Shown piece by piece: positions 48,401-56,010 of a stretch of DNA of 64,000 bases. Origin of the DNA: an uncultured Gammaproteobacteria bacterium (GTDB taxonomy: Bacteria; Patescibacteriota; Patescibacteriia; SG8-24; DYFX01); assembly GCA_964404275.1 (NCBI GenBank), contig CAYOJH010000006.1, forward strand, positions 1,525 to 65,524, given 5' to 3'. A model generated the notes under the pieces. That model was not told where the DNA came from and searched no databases. It was given only the letters and a program-made list of their open reading frames with translations. Each line of letters opens with the position of its first letter. The stretch's first letter is position 1. A program made the position numbers and the translations under genes.

Positions 48401-49149
48401 TATCCGGAAAGCTCTACAGGTCCGATGAGCAGCTCCGCTCTACGGTTTCGGGTAAATCCGGACATCGCCAAGAGTTTATAAAATGCGCGGTAACCAGTCA
48501 GCCCTTACTGAGGGAAGAAGCAGAGCAATGCGAAGTAACTGGCACGCTAGTTGCGCCCGGCATCCTCGAAGAGTGTTCGGTGACGAAGAAAAAGGTCTTG
48601 CCGAGCGAACTGGCGAAAAGCGAATTCAGCGGAAAAATGGCACTCCAAAAGTACTTCGTTTCTAGTTCAATTTCAGATGGCAAAATTCTTGAGTCCGAAG
48701 CCGTTCGATCTTCGAAGGGAAAATATTGCTCCCCCGCAGAAGTAAAACCGTGCGCATGGAGCGGTCTTAAATACCACCCTGATGATTTAGAGATATGTCA
48801 CCTGTCGGGTCTTTCAGTTCACTCCGTATACGTTACACCCGATGGCCCTCCAAGAATTACGTCACTGGCCCGACTCCTTGATGGAACGCTCAGAAAAGCT
48901 GATGGGACTGAATATTGGCAGAAAATCGTTGATGCTCTAGCTGGCTCGGTTGGCGGCGTTCTCAAGGTGGATGCGGCGGAGTTTTCTCCGGACGGCACGC
49001 TACTCGCGGTTTGCTTGGAATCAACGAAATGGTTGGTGAAGACTCGCTATTTGGGCCTCGTGTTTTCATTGCGACAAAACTCGGCTACGGGTCGAATCGT
49101 GTCTGGAAAGCGAAAGGATCATAGGTGGATTGACGACCTCGTAATTTAA
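45451..49149 (+). CDS. SNF2/RapA-like SF2 helicase with C-terminal 15-aa repeat array
   Basis: LADDVGLGKT, LDEAH, LTATP, EGVNLQ, NYDLPWNP..VEQRIGRIQR. Confidence 0.92.
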   Translation: MDNPAIPLKVKLLWKASKPADFDLYKAALEWSLVDPIIIENRDDLKSEYLWRDKIKPYHHQVTNLITFCRRLPVTLLADDVGLGKTISAGLIASELMTRDRVSKILIVCPKLLMNQWSEELEQKFGIASTTAIGKTLIKAKPPKDVGAVITTYTSAKLYLDDLEDAGYQMLILDEAHKLRNLYGVDPTPQVATRFRKALKDRLFRYVLMLTATPIQNRLWDLYSLIDLLTVARGHENPFGSEGIFARKFIDDDRTQARRLNLGAKDEFRSIIYQYMSRVRRGDAQLYFPERKVLLKSVAPTAEESELIGIIAEPIQELNRLGQISVLQALISSPDALAAQLRTMARNETIPAELATRVREVVKKMKTTAKMQGLGSLVEKLRKERPEDWRMVVFTTRRETQTTIQAFLEGQGIACGVINGDSGRRNQETINNFKCYPPQINVIISTEAGSEGVNLQAANVLVNYDLPWNPMVVEQRIGRIQRLASEHKTVSIFNIILKGTFEEYIVGRLMEKLQMASQAIGDVESLLQASGMEEGEGEITSFEEQIRRLVIESLAGKDVEEATRMAEKSIEHAEAELDREEKNIDSMLGGMGDVVGVDPYPPKLTPVNHSMGLREFVLGALEAQGEKVTAQPNGLYVSESHGQKELFRFDNEVADPETTSTLYAPGSPAFERLVNRCTSRGYHTVNDVDIEPLKKAMDIAGGWAKAFDGRFDSAAPLAVYRNFEGSAIIRVHATVAHDSYERLVESDCAIKMDHDLGKLGLEPLHASISDPHKVGLDTDCLIDKAFHDPDISEFCRFYGERLEQELKAVGDDERKRKKTVDDFTPRIAVELVGLNGNIHRRIKLNTKYRIDEGEYESSLTVIPNSEEVIEAPEIKKCEKTGRHAPADCFGICEISKLQVLRHLLVASDISDRQALPEHVIKCSYSGKKVLIDEAAKSDISGHFVTASLLLTSAISGKKGEPTYFGQCEFTSVTALKDELLTSEVSGKLYRSDEQLRSTVSGKSGHRQEFIKCAVTSQPLLREEAEQCEVTGTLVAPGILEECSVTKKKVLPSELAKSEFSGKMALQKYFVSSSISDGKILESEAVRSSKGKYCSPAEVKPCAWSGLKYHPDDLEICHLSGLSVHSVYVTPDGPPRITSLARLLDGTLRKADGTEYWQKIVDALAGSVGGVLKVDAAEFSPDGTLLAVCLESTKWLVKTRYLGLVFSLRQNSATGRIVSGKRKDHRWIDDLVI

Positions 49150-49195
49150 GTGAACGATCCTTGACGCGGGGTATGTAGGCGATAGGCTGGTCTGC

Positions 49196-49453
49196 ATGAA
49201 CCCCAGAACGTCACCCACTTTTGCGAATGACGGATACCGAAGGATTTTTTGTAATGCCTGCGGTCACTTTATCGGGGAGACTCATCTTGGCGAAAAACGG
49301 GAGAGGCAGCTCCGTTGTAAGTTCTGCGGCACGACCGTCAATTTACGACCGCCCCTGAAAGTGGAGCACGATAGCCAGAGGTACATCGAATTTGGCCCTC
49401 AAGCCGCCTGCTTCACGGCTGATTTGACTGACCCGCCTCGTCAGGGTAATTAG
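49196..49453 (+). CDS. Small zinc-ribbon protein
   Basis: CNACG...CKFCG; TTGACG/TAGGCT promoter-like elements upstream. Confidence 0.55.
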   Translation: MNPRTSPTFANDGYRRIFCNACGHFIGETHLGEKRERQLRCKFCGTTVNLRPPLKVEHDSQRYIEFGPQAACFTADLTDPPRQGN

Positions 49454-49521
49454 TATCAATCGACCCGTAACAACCGATTTCGGGCTATAAAGGCACCCCC
49501 TTCCTAGGCGGGTGTGAAGAG

Positions 49522-49566
49522 AGCCCGGCAGAAGCCTGTTTTTTGGCTTCTAGCCGGGCTTTTTTT
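49522..49566 (+). terminator. Long hairpin plus T-run upstream of the recombinase operon (terminator/attenuator)
   Basis: agcccggc-agaagcc...ggcttct-a-gccgggct-tttttt. Confidence 0.7.
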
Positions 49567-49613
49567 ATTGGTCACCCCTTGGGGCAGACACCACAAAATA
49601 CCCGCTTTCTGCC

Positions 49614-49814
49614 ATGCTTTCCCTAGCACAAGCAAGGAAAATCGATCCTAGTTTGGAGGATGTGTCCGACGAAGAATTGTTGGGCATTCTTGAGGCGTTG
49701 TATGCATTTGGTCGGGTGGCACTAGATACTTGGTCCACTAAGCAGCATGTTTCCAATAATCCCCTTGGGGTCCAGACTGAAGCAGTAGCACCCGGTATGC
49801 TGCATAGAACATGA
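49614..49814 (+). CDS. Small helical protein translationally coupled to the recombinase
   Basis: 66 aa; ATGA overlap with recombinase start. Confidence 0.65.
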   Translation: MLSLAQARKIDPSLEDVSDEELLGILEALYAFGRVALDTWSTKQHVSNNPLGVQTEAVAPGMLHRT

Positions 49815-51343
49815 GCCAAATTTTGAATAAAACCTGCGTCATTTATTGTCGTGTCTCTTCGAAAGAGCAGGTTGAAGGGACGAGTTTGGAAACCCAACAA
49901 CGGCTTTGTCGAGAATACGCTGATCAGCAAGGTTGGTTGGTTTCCGAGATTTTCATGGAACTTGGTGAATCAGCAAAGACGGCTGATCGAACTGAATTTG
50001 CCAAGGCAATCAACTACTGCACGAGCAAAAAAGGTCGCACTTCGTATTTTGTGGTCTATAAGCTCGACCGCTTTAGTCGGAAAGCTGAAGATCATCTCAT
50101 GATCCGTGCTGTTTTGAGTAAGGCGGGTACTGAATTGCGTTCAGTTACCGAGCCAATCAACGAAACTGCAACGGGAAAACTGATGGAGACGGTCATTGCG
50201 GGATTTGCTGAATTCGACAACAACGTAAGGACTGAGCGAACCAAGAACGGGATGATTCAGCGAGTGCAGGAAGGTATTTGGGTATGGACTCCACCACTCG
50301 GATACCACAAACCCGTCAGGGGTAAAAAGACAAACATCGTTCCCGACCCTCTCGTGGCCCCGCTCATAAGGGCTGGCTTTGAGGAATACGCCAAAGGGGG
50401 ACGCACGTACAAGGCTTTGGCGGCCTTCTGGACGCGACAGGGCCTGCTCACGAAGCGAGGAAGGCCAATCAAGCTTCAAGAGGTTCAGAAGATGCTTAGG
50501 AACCCGGTTTATTGCGGCACCATCAGGGCCTTTGGGGGAGAATGGAACGGCGGCTTCGAACCCATTGTCTCCCGGCAGTTGTTTCTGGCTTGTCAGGACA
50601 AAGTAGGGAATTCGAGCTGGTCGGCACCACGCCTGACTGACAATGCGACGTTCCCACTTCGTAAGCTGGTCATCTGCTCTGAGTGTGGGACGACGCTGAC
50701 CGGGAGTTCAACAAGGGGGAGGCAGGGAAAGCGCTACCCTTACTACCATCATTCCAAGAAAAACTGCACGAGGCCGAAAACCATCCCCAAAGAAAAATTC
50801 GAAAAGGCTTTTCTTGAGTGTCTGGCCAAGGTTGAGCCAAACAAGAAATACGAGCACCTATTCAAGGCGGTCATTACTGATATTTGGAAAACAAACCACA
50901 AGAATCTTGATGACCAAAAATCATCCGTTCGTAGGAACATCGAAAAGTTGGAAATTGAAAAACAGAGGATTTTCGAGTTGCATCGTGCAGGCACATATTC
51001 AGATCAGGATTTCAAAGAACAGCGTGCTATCGTGGCGGGGAAGATGGAGGTCCAATACAGCTTGATCGAGGAGTACAGGGGAGAGGAATTCAATATGGAT
51101 GAGGCCTTGGAATACTGCTTCGATTTTGTTGGCAAGGCGACCAAAACTTGGTTGGAGCTAGAGGGCAACTACCCAGCCCGAATCCGTTTTCAAAACCTTA
51201 TTTTCAAGGCGCGGCTGACTTTTGACGGGGAGGAATTTGGAAACACGAAATTATCGCCAATCTTCCAACTAAAAGCGACCTCTCGCGGGGAGAAGTCGCT
51301 TTTGGTAGCCCCAAGGGGAGTCGAACCCCTATTTACTCCGTGA
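49811..51343 (+). CDS. Large serine recombinase (resolvase + recombinase + Zn-ribbon + coiled coil)
   Basis: YCRVSSKEQ, VYKLDRFSR, PPLGY, LRNPVYCG, CSECG; 3' end runs antisense into tRNA. Confidence 0.95.
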   Translation: MSQILNKTCVIYCRVSSKEQVEGTSLETQQRLCREYADQQGWLVSEIFMELGESAKTADRTEFAKAINYCTSKKGRTSYFVVYKLDRFSRKAEDHLMIRAVLSKAGTELRSVTEPINETATGKLMETVIAGFAEFDNNVRTERTKNGMIQRVQEGIWVWTPPLGYHKPVRGKKTNIVPDPLVAPLIRAGFEEYAKGGRTYKALAAFWTRQGLLTKRGRPIKLQEVQKMLRNPVYCGTIRAFGGEWNGGFEPIVSRQLFLACQDKVGNSSWSAPRLTDNATFPLRKLVICSECGTTLTGSSTRGRQGKRYPYYHHSKKNCTRPKTIPKEKFEKAFLECLAKVEPNKKYEHLFKAVITDIWKTNHKNLDDQKSSVRRNIEKLEIEKQRIFELHRAGTYSDQDFKEQRAIVAGKMEVQYSLIEEYRGEEFNMDEALEYCFDFVGKATKTWLELEGNYPARIRFQNLIFKARLTFDGEEFGNTKLSPIFQLKATSRGEKSLLVAPRGVEPLFTP

Positions 51344-51377
51344 AAGGGAGTTGTCCTAGCCATTAGACGATGAGGCC
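51303..51377 (-). tRNA. tRNA-Glu(TTC), CCA encoded
   Basis: GGCCTCATCGTCTAATGGCTAGGACAACTCCC-TTTCAC-GGAGTAAATAGGGGTTCGACTCCCCTTGGGGCTACCA cloverleaf. Confidence 0.95.
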
Positions 51378-51493
51378 GGGCGTGCGTTGAACACGGGTAA
51401 TCTATAGTGAAAACGCGGGGGCGTCAAGGCGCGCGGAAGCCATCCACAGGGCGTCCGCCGCGCGCGGGTGTATGGTCGCAAGAGGAGGAGACC

Positions 51494-52222
51494 ATGTTCA
51501 TTCGCCGATCGATTCCGGTTCTGCTTTGCCTGGCGGCGATCTTCGCCTGCGAAGACGGCGCCGTCGTTCCGGCCGACGATGCGTGCCCCGGCATCGCGCC
51601 TCCTTCGCAAGAAGACGAGATCCTCGCGGGCTACGCCGCCGCCGCGCGCGCCTACGAAGCGGACAATCATCTGCAGGCCGGCTGGGCCGATTGGATGATC
51701 CTGCATCGGGACATTTTCAAGAAGGCTTACGTTCGCGCCCGCACGGACCGGCGCATTCGCGTGCGCGTCGGATACCTGAACCCGATCGTCTTCGATCCGC
51801 CCTGGACCTCCGAGACGGAGCACTTCGCCGCGCTCGAGCGGATGATGGAGCTGGCCTATCCGGGCTGGGACTTCTCGTTCTCGGCCGACGATCCCGCCGC
51901 GGAGTTCACGGTTCTGCTCGGCGACAAGAACATCTCCTACGCGGACGGCGACACGGTCCGCCTCGTATGGGAGGGCATCCTGCCGCACGAGTTCGGTCAC
52001 GAGCTCGGGCTGACGCATCACTACTGCGACGAGACGCTCCAGCCGTGCGCGGCCACGCCGCCGGGCGAGTACGAAGCGACCTGCATCATGTCGCGCAACT
52101 CCGGAACCTGGGGTCCGGCCGAGCAGTTCGTGCTGAATCTCGGTCAGCAGCGTTACAACCAGCAGGTCTACGATGTCATGAACGATCTCAACGGCCGCTA
52201 TCCGCCCGATTGGCCGAACTGA
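51494..52222 (+). CDS. Lipoprotein zinc metallopeptidase (metzincin motif)
   Basis: GAGGAG RBS; lipobox IFAC; HEFGHELGLTH and Met-turn CIMS. Confidence 0.82.
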   Translation: MFIRRSIPVLLCLAAIFACEDGAVVPADDACPGIAPPSQEDEILAGYAAAARAYEADNHLQAGWADWMILHRDIFKKAYVRARTDRRIRVRVGYLNPIVFDPPWTSETEHFAALERMMELAYPGWDFSFSADDPAAEFTVLLGDKNISYADGDTVRLVWEGILPHEFGHELGLTHHYCDETLQPCAATPPGEYEATCIMSRNSGTWGPAEQFVLNLGQQRYNQQVYDVMNDLNGRYPPDWPN

Positions 52223-52290
52223 ATGCCGCCCCGACCGATACCGGGGCCTTTTCTTTTTACGAAAAAAAGACCCGACGTGATGTCGGGGGT

Positions 52291-52815
52291 TCAGGCGGCC
52301 AGCGCGTCGGCCGTGAGGCGGGCGCGCAGCTGTTCGACGGCCTTGAAAGCGTTGCTTTTGACCGTGCCTTCGGTGACGCCGAGCGCGGCGGCGGCTTCGG
52401 GGAAGGTGCATTCCTCGAGGCGGACGAGTCGCAGCGCGGCCACCAAGCGGGGGATGCGCGGTTCGAGCGCGTCGATGGCGTCGAGCACTTGTCGGCACGC
52501 GACGATCGTCTCGGGAGAGGGCGCAGGGTCGACGTCTTCCTGACGCGCGTCTTTCGCGTTCGGTTCCGAGGGCAGCCGCCGGCTGCGCTGGAGATGCGTG
52601 AAGGCGGCGCTCGTTGCGACCTGGTAGAGCCAGCTCTTGTAATGCGTGACCGGATGGCGCAGCGCGGAGACGGCGCCCTTCACCCAGGCGTCTTGCAGGA
52701 CGTCGGCCGTCTCTTCGGAGCGCTTGCCCAGGATGCGTCGGACGACCGCTTCGAGCACCGGACGATACGACAGGAATTCCCGCGTGAAACGTTCGATGCG
52801 ATCTTGACGATCCAT
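52291..52815 (-). CDS. ECF sigma-70 factor
   Basis: DVLQDAWVK, SWLYQVA, EAAAALGVTEGTVKS. Confidence 0.85.
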   Translation of the reverse strand: MDRQDRIERFTREFLSYRPVLEAVVRRILGKRSEETADVLQDAWVKGAVSALRHPVTHYKSWLYQVATSAAFTHLQRSRRLPSEPNAKDARQEDVDPAPSPETIVACRQVLDAIDALEPRIPRLVAALRLVRLEECTFPEAAAALGVTEGTVKSNAFKAVEQLRARLTADALAA

Positions 52816-52882
52816 GAGAGCCTCCTCTTGAAAGGTTCGTGACGAAGTAGTACCATCAAACATCGCTTCTGTCAATCCTCCC

Positions 52883-53938
52883 ATGCGCATCCTCGGCATC
52901 GAAACGTCTTGCGACGAGACCTCGGTCGCCCTGCTCGACGTGAACAAGGGCGTTGCTCGCATCGCGAAGCACCTCACGGCTTCGCAGGTTTTGAAGCACG
53001 CGCAGTATGGCGGCGTCGTTCCGGAGGTGGCCGCGCGCCTGCATGCCGAAACGCTGCCGCTCTTGATCGACGAGATGGGCGTCAGCGGAAAGGATCTCGA
53101 TGGCATCGCCGTCACGCGCGGTCCGGGACTCATCACCTCGCTGCGGGTCGGCACGGATTTCGCCCGCGCCTTGGCCTATGGCTGGAATCTTCCGCTCGTC
53201 GGCGCGAATCACATCGAAGGCCATATCGCGGCCAACTGGATCGGAAAAAAAGTGGCCGCGGCCTATCGGTTTCCGGCCCTGGTGCTGGTCGTTTCGGGCG
53301 GCCATACGGAACTTATTCTGATGAAAGGCTTCGGAAAGTACGAACGGATCGGTTCGACGCTTGACGATGCCGCCGGCGAAGCCTTCGACAAGGTCGCCAA
53401 GATGCTCGACCTCGGTTATCCGGGCGGTCCGGCCGTCTCGAAGCGCGCCTTGCTTGGAAATCCGGAGACGTTCGCGTTTCCGCGCCCGCTGCTCAACAAA
53501 CAAAATTTCGATTTCAGCTTTTCCGGCCTCAAGACCGCTGTCCTCTACACGCTCCAGCGCAAGAAGAACTGGTCGGCCGAGAACGTGAACGATATCTGCG
53601 CGTCATTCCAAGCGGCCGTCGTCGAGACGTTGGTCATCAAGACGCTTCGCGCCGCCAAAGCGAAGAACGCAAAAACCGTTTTTCTGGCCGGAGGCGTCGC
53701 CGCCAACGCGACGCTGCGCGAAACGCTGGCGGCCTCCGTCAAAAAAGAATTGCCCGGCGTCGAAGCCGTCATCCCGGCCTTGGAATACTGCACCGACAAC
53801 GCCGCCATGATCGCCATGGCCGGCTATTTCAGCTTCATGTCGCTGTCTTCCCGCTTTTCTTCGCCGTCATCCCGAGCGAAGCCGAGGGATGCATGGAAAG
53901 GCATGGAAGCCGATCCGACCTGGGAACTCGGCATATGA
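52883..53938 (+). CDS. tsaD: tRNA N6-threonylcarbamoyltransferase
   Basis: [54 protein letters not shown]. Confidence 0.97.
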   Translation: MRILGIETSCDETSVALLDVNKGVARIAKHLTASQVLKHAQYGGVVPEVAARLHAETLPLLIDEMGVSGKDLDGIAVTRGPGLITSLRVGTDFARALAYGWNLPLVGANHIEGHIAANWIGKKVAAAYRFPALVLVVSGGHTELILMKGFGKYERIGSTLDDAAGEAFDKVAKMLDLGYPGGPAVSKRALLGNPETFAFPRPLLNKQNFDFSFSGLKTAVLYTLQRKKNWSAENVNDICASFQAAVVETLVIKTLRAAKAKNAKTVFLAGGVAANATLRETLAASVKKELPGVEAVIPALEYCTDNAAMIAMAGYFSFMSLSSRFSSPSSRAKPRDAWKGMEADPTWELGI

Positions 53939-54366
53939 GACAGCGTTTCCATTCCCACGCGGCTGCGCAGACGGCGCGCGTCGCCAAGGCGCTCGCGGAG
54001 AGCGTCCAAGGCGGCGAAGTCATCGCACTCATCGGCGATCTCGGCGCGGGCAAGACGACCTTCGCGCAAGCGTTCGCCAAGGCGCTCGGCATCCGCAAGC
54101 GGGTCCAGAGCCCGACCTTCGTCTTGATGCAGGAGTATCCGTTGATCCGCCATCGCGGGCTCAAGAAATTTTTGCACGTCGACGCCTATCGCGCCGATGA
54201 GGCGCAATTCAAATCCATCGGCCTTCTGGAATATCTCGGCCAACCCGACACCGTCGTCCTGATCGAATGGGCCGATCGCCTTCCGCGCCTCATCCCGAAA
54301 AAATCGATCACCGTGCGCCTGACGCATGAAGGCGGCGATGAACGCACGATCCTCGTGACCGGTTGA
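53935..54366 (+). CDS. tsaE: t6A biosynthesis ATPase
   Basis: [28 protein letters not shown]. Confidence 0.95.
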   Translation: MRQRFHSHAAAQTARVAKALAESVQGGEVIALIGDLGAGKTTFAQAFAKALGIRKRVQSPTFVLMQEYPLIRHRGLKKFLHVDAYRADEAQFKSIGLLEYLGQPDTVVLIEWADRLPRLIPKKSITVRLTHEGGDERTILVTG

Positions 54367-54446
54367 GGACGGGGGATTGAACTCCTTCGGGCGAAATGCT
54401 AGCGTCAAATCAGGCCTTTCCATCAACCTGACCCAAGGAGTACGTC

Positions 54447-55973
54447 ATGGGCAATGATCCCGTTTGGATTCGCATCGCGAACCGCGGGTCCTGCCCGCGG
54501 AATCGCCTCATGATCTTCGGCGTTTCGGACGAAAAAAGCGTGGTCGATTCCACCAACCCGCACAGCATCTTCAAGTCGGGAGCCAAGATCTCCCCGCTGG
54601 TCGCGCTGCGGCACGGCCTCGACATGCACGTGGTTTCGCGCGACGCGAAAGGCGCGTACCACTTGAGCTACGAAGCGCGGACGTCGTCCGACGACGAGAA
54701 CTTCCGCCAGTACGTGATCATCTGCAAGGACAAGGACGGAGAATCCGCGACGATCCCGATGCCGTTCAACGTCGACAGCTCCTTCAAGAACTGGAGCAAT
54801 CCGATCGGCGACGATCCGCTCAAGGAATTCCCGGTCTGGCGCGAAGCGTTCAACAACGCGCGCGGCAACGATCCAACGGGACCGGTCCTCTCGGAGCTCG
54901 AGAGGCTTCATTGGATGCCCGACGGGCAACACGCCGTCTACATCCGCAGGACGTCCGACTACGAAGCGATCATGGCGCACCCGGATCGCTACTTCAAGTG
55001 GCTGTCCGGCACGGCGCCGCTCTTGTCCGTTCCCGGCCTGAAGGGAAGCGTCGTGCTCCGGATTTTTCCGAAGTCCGAGGAAGGCGCGACGCGCCTGTTC
55101 GCGCACGGCACGCTGGCCTACTGTTCGAAAGGCGGAGCCGACGCGTCGCTGTTCGATTACAGCTTCGACGTCGAGAACCTGCTGACCGAGGAGCGCGTCT
55201 TCGCGAATACCTCGACGGTCTTTCAGTGGCTCAGCATCGTCCTGGCGGCCTTGGTCGACAAGGCCTTGATCGCCCGGATCATGGCCGCGATCCAGAACGG
55301 GGACGCGCCTTTCGAAGAGCACGCGCTTTCCTACACGTGCAGCTTGGACAGCTTCGGGGGAGCGGAGCATTGGCTGTCGGCCTGGACCACGACCTACGGC
55401 GACAATGCCGTCATGTCGAATCCGGGCTTCGGCGACGAATACGTCCGCTCCACGCTGAACAAGACGCCGGTCCTGGTGCTCTCGCCCACGCTCCGCGCGT
55501 TTCTCAAGCGCTGCGGAGTGCGGGAAGCGAACGACTTCGCTCCGAAGATGATCGAAGGTTCGACCTTCAAGGTCGCGGAGCTGACCGACGAGGAGAAGTC
55601 GCGGGCGCGCAAGGTGTTCGACGCGATGCGCAAGGAGCATCCGGACGTCACGCTGCCGATCACGCCCTTCGAGCCGATCGGCAACGAGCTGCGAGAGATC
55701 GAAGGCTTCGTGCTGAAATCCGGAGACGGCACCCCGCTCGGCATCTACGTCATGAAAAAGATGTACCGTTCGACGCGCTGGCTGATGGTGGTCGTGAATC
55801 ACGAATACCGCCATGTCCGGACCGGCGCGTACGACTTCACCAAGCCGTTCGAAGAATGCGCCGATCAGGATGAAGGCCGGCTGCTTCTCGAGAAGCACTG
55901 GATCGACGACGACACGCCAAGCGATGTCGAACTCGCGATCGAAGAGCTTCACCTCTTCACGGACGATCCGTAA
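54447..55973 (+). CDS. Hypothetical protein, degenerate GHKL-like N-terminus and HExxH near C-terminus
   Basis: AAGGAG RBS; IANRG...FGVSDEK...FKSGAK, WREAFNNA, HEYRH. Confidence 0.7.
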   Translation: MGNDPVWIRIANRGSCPRNRLMIFGVSDEKSVVDSTNPHSIFKSGAKISPLVALRHGLDMHVVSRDAKGAYHLSYEARTSSDDENFRQYVIICKDKDGESATIPMPFNVDSSFKNWSNPIGDDPLKEFPVWREAFNNARGNDPTGPVLSELERLHWMPDGQHAVYIRRTSDYEAIMAHPDRYFKWLSGTAPLLSVPGLKGSVVLRIFPKSEEGATRLFAHGTLAYCSKGGADASLFDYSFDVENLLTEERVFANTSTVFQWLSIVLAALVDKALIARIMAAIQNGDAPFEEHALSYTCSLDSFGGAEHWLSAWTTTYGDNAVMSNPGFGDEYVRSTLNKTPVLVLSPTLRAFLKRCGVREANDFAPKMIEGSTFKVAELTDEEKSRARKVFDAMRKEHPDVTLPITPFEPIGNELREIEGFVLKSGDGTPLGIYVMKKMYRSTRWLMVVVNHEYRHVRTGAYDFTKPFEECADQDEGRLLLEKHWIDDDTPSDVELAIEELHLFTDDP

Positions 55974-56010
55974 ATCGCAAACCCCCGCCGCCAGGCGAGG
56001 GTTTTTTCTT

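Larger units (their letters stand above)
43749..51311. mobile_element. Genomic island integrated in the 3' end of tRNA-Glu by a large serine recombinase
   Basis: Direct repeat cttttggtagccc at 43749-43761 and 51299-51311 (19 bp with one mismatch if extended left); abrupt GC drop; recombinase abuts tRNA. Confidence 0.9.

Noticed and set aside
43749-51311. Prophage interpretation of the island
   Set aside because: No structural, terminase, replication or conjugation genes between the att repeats.
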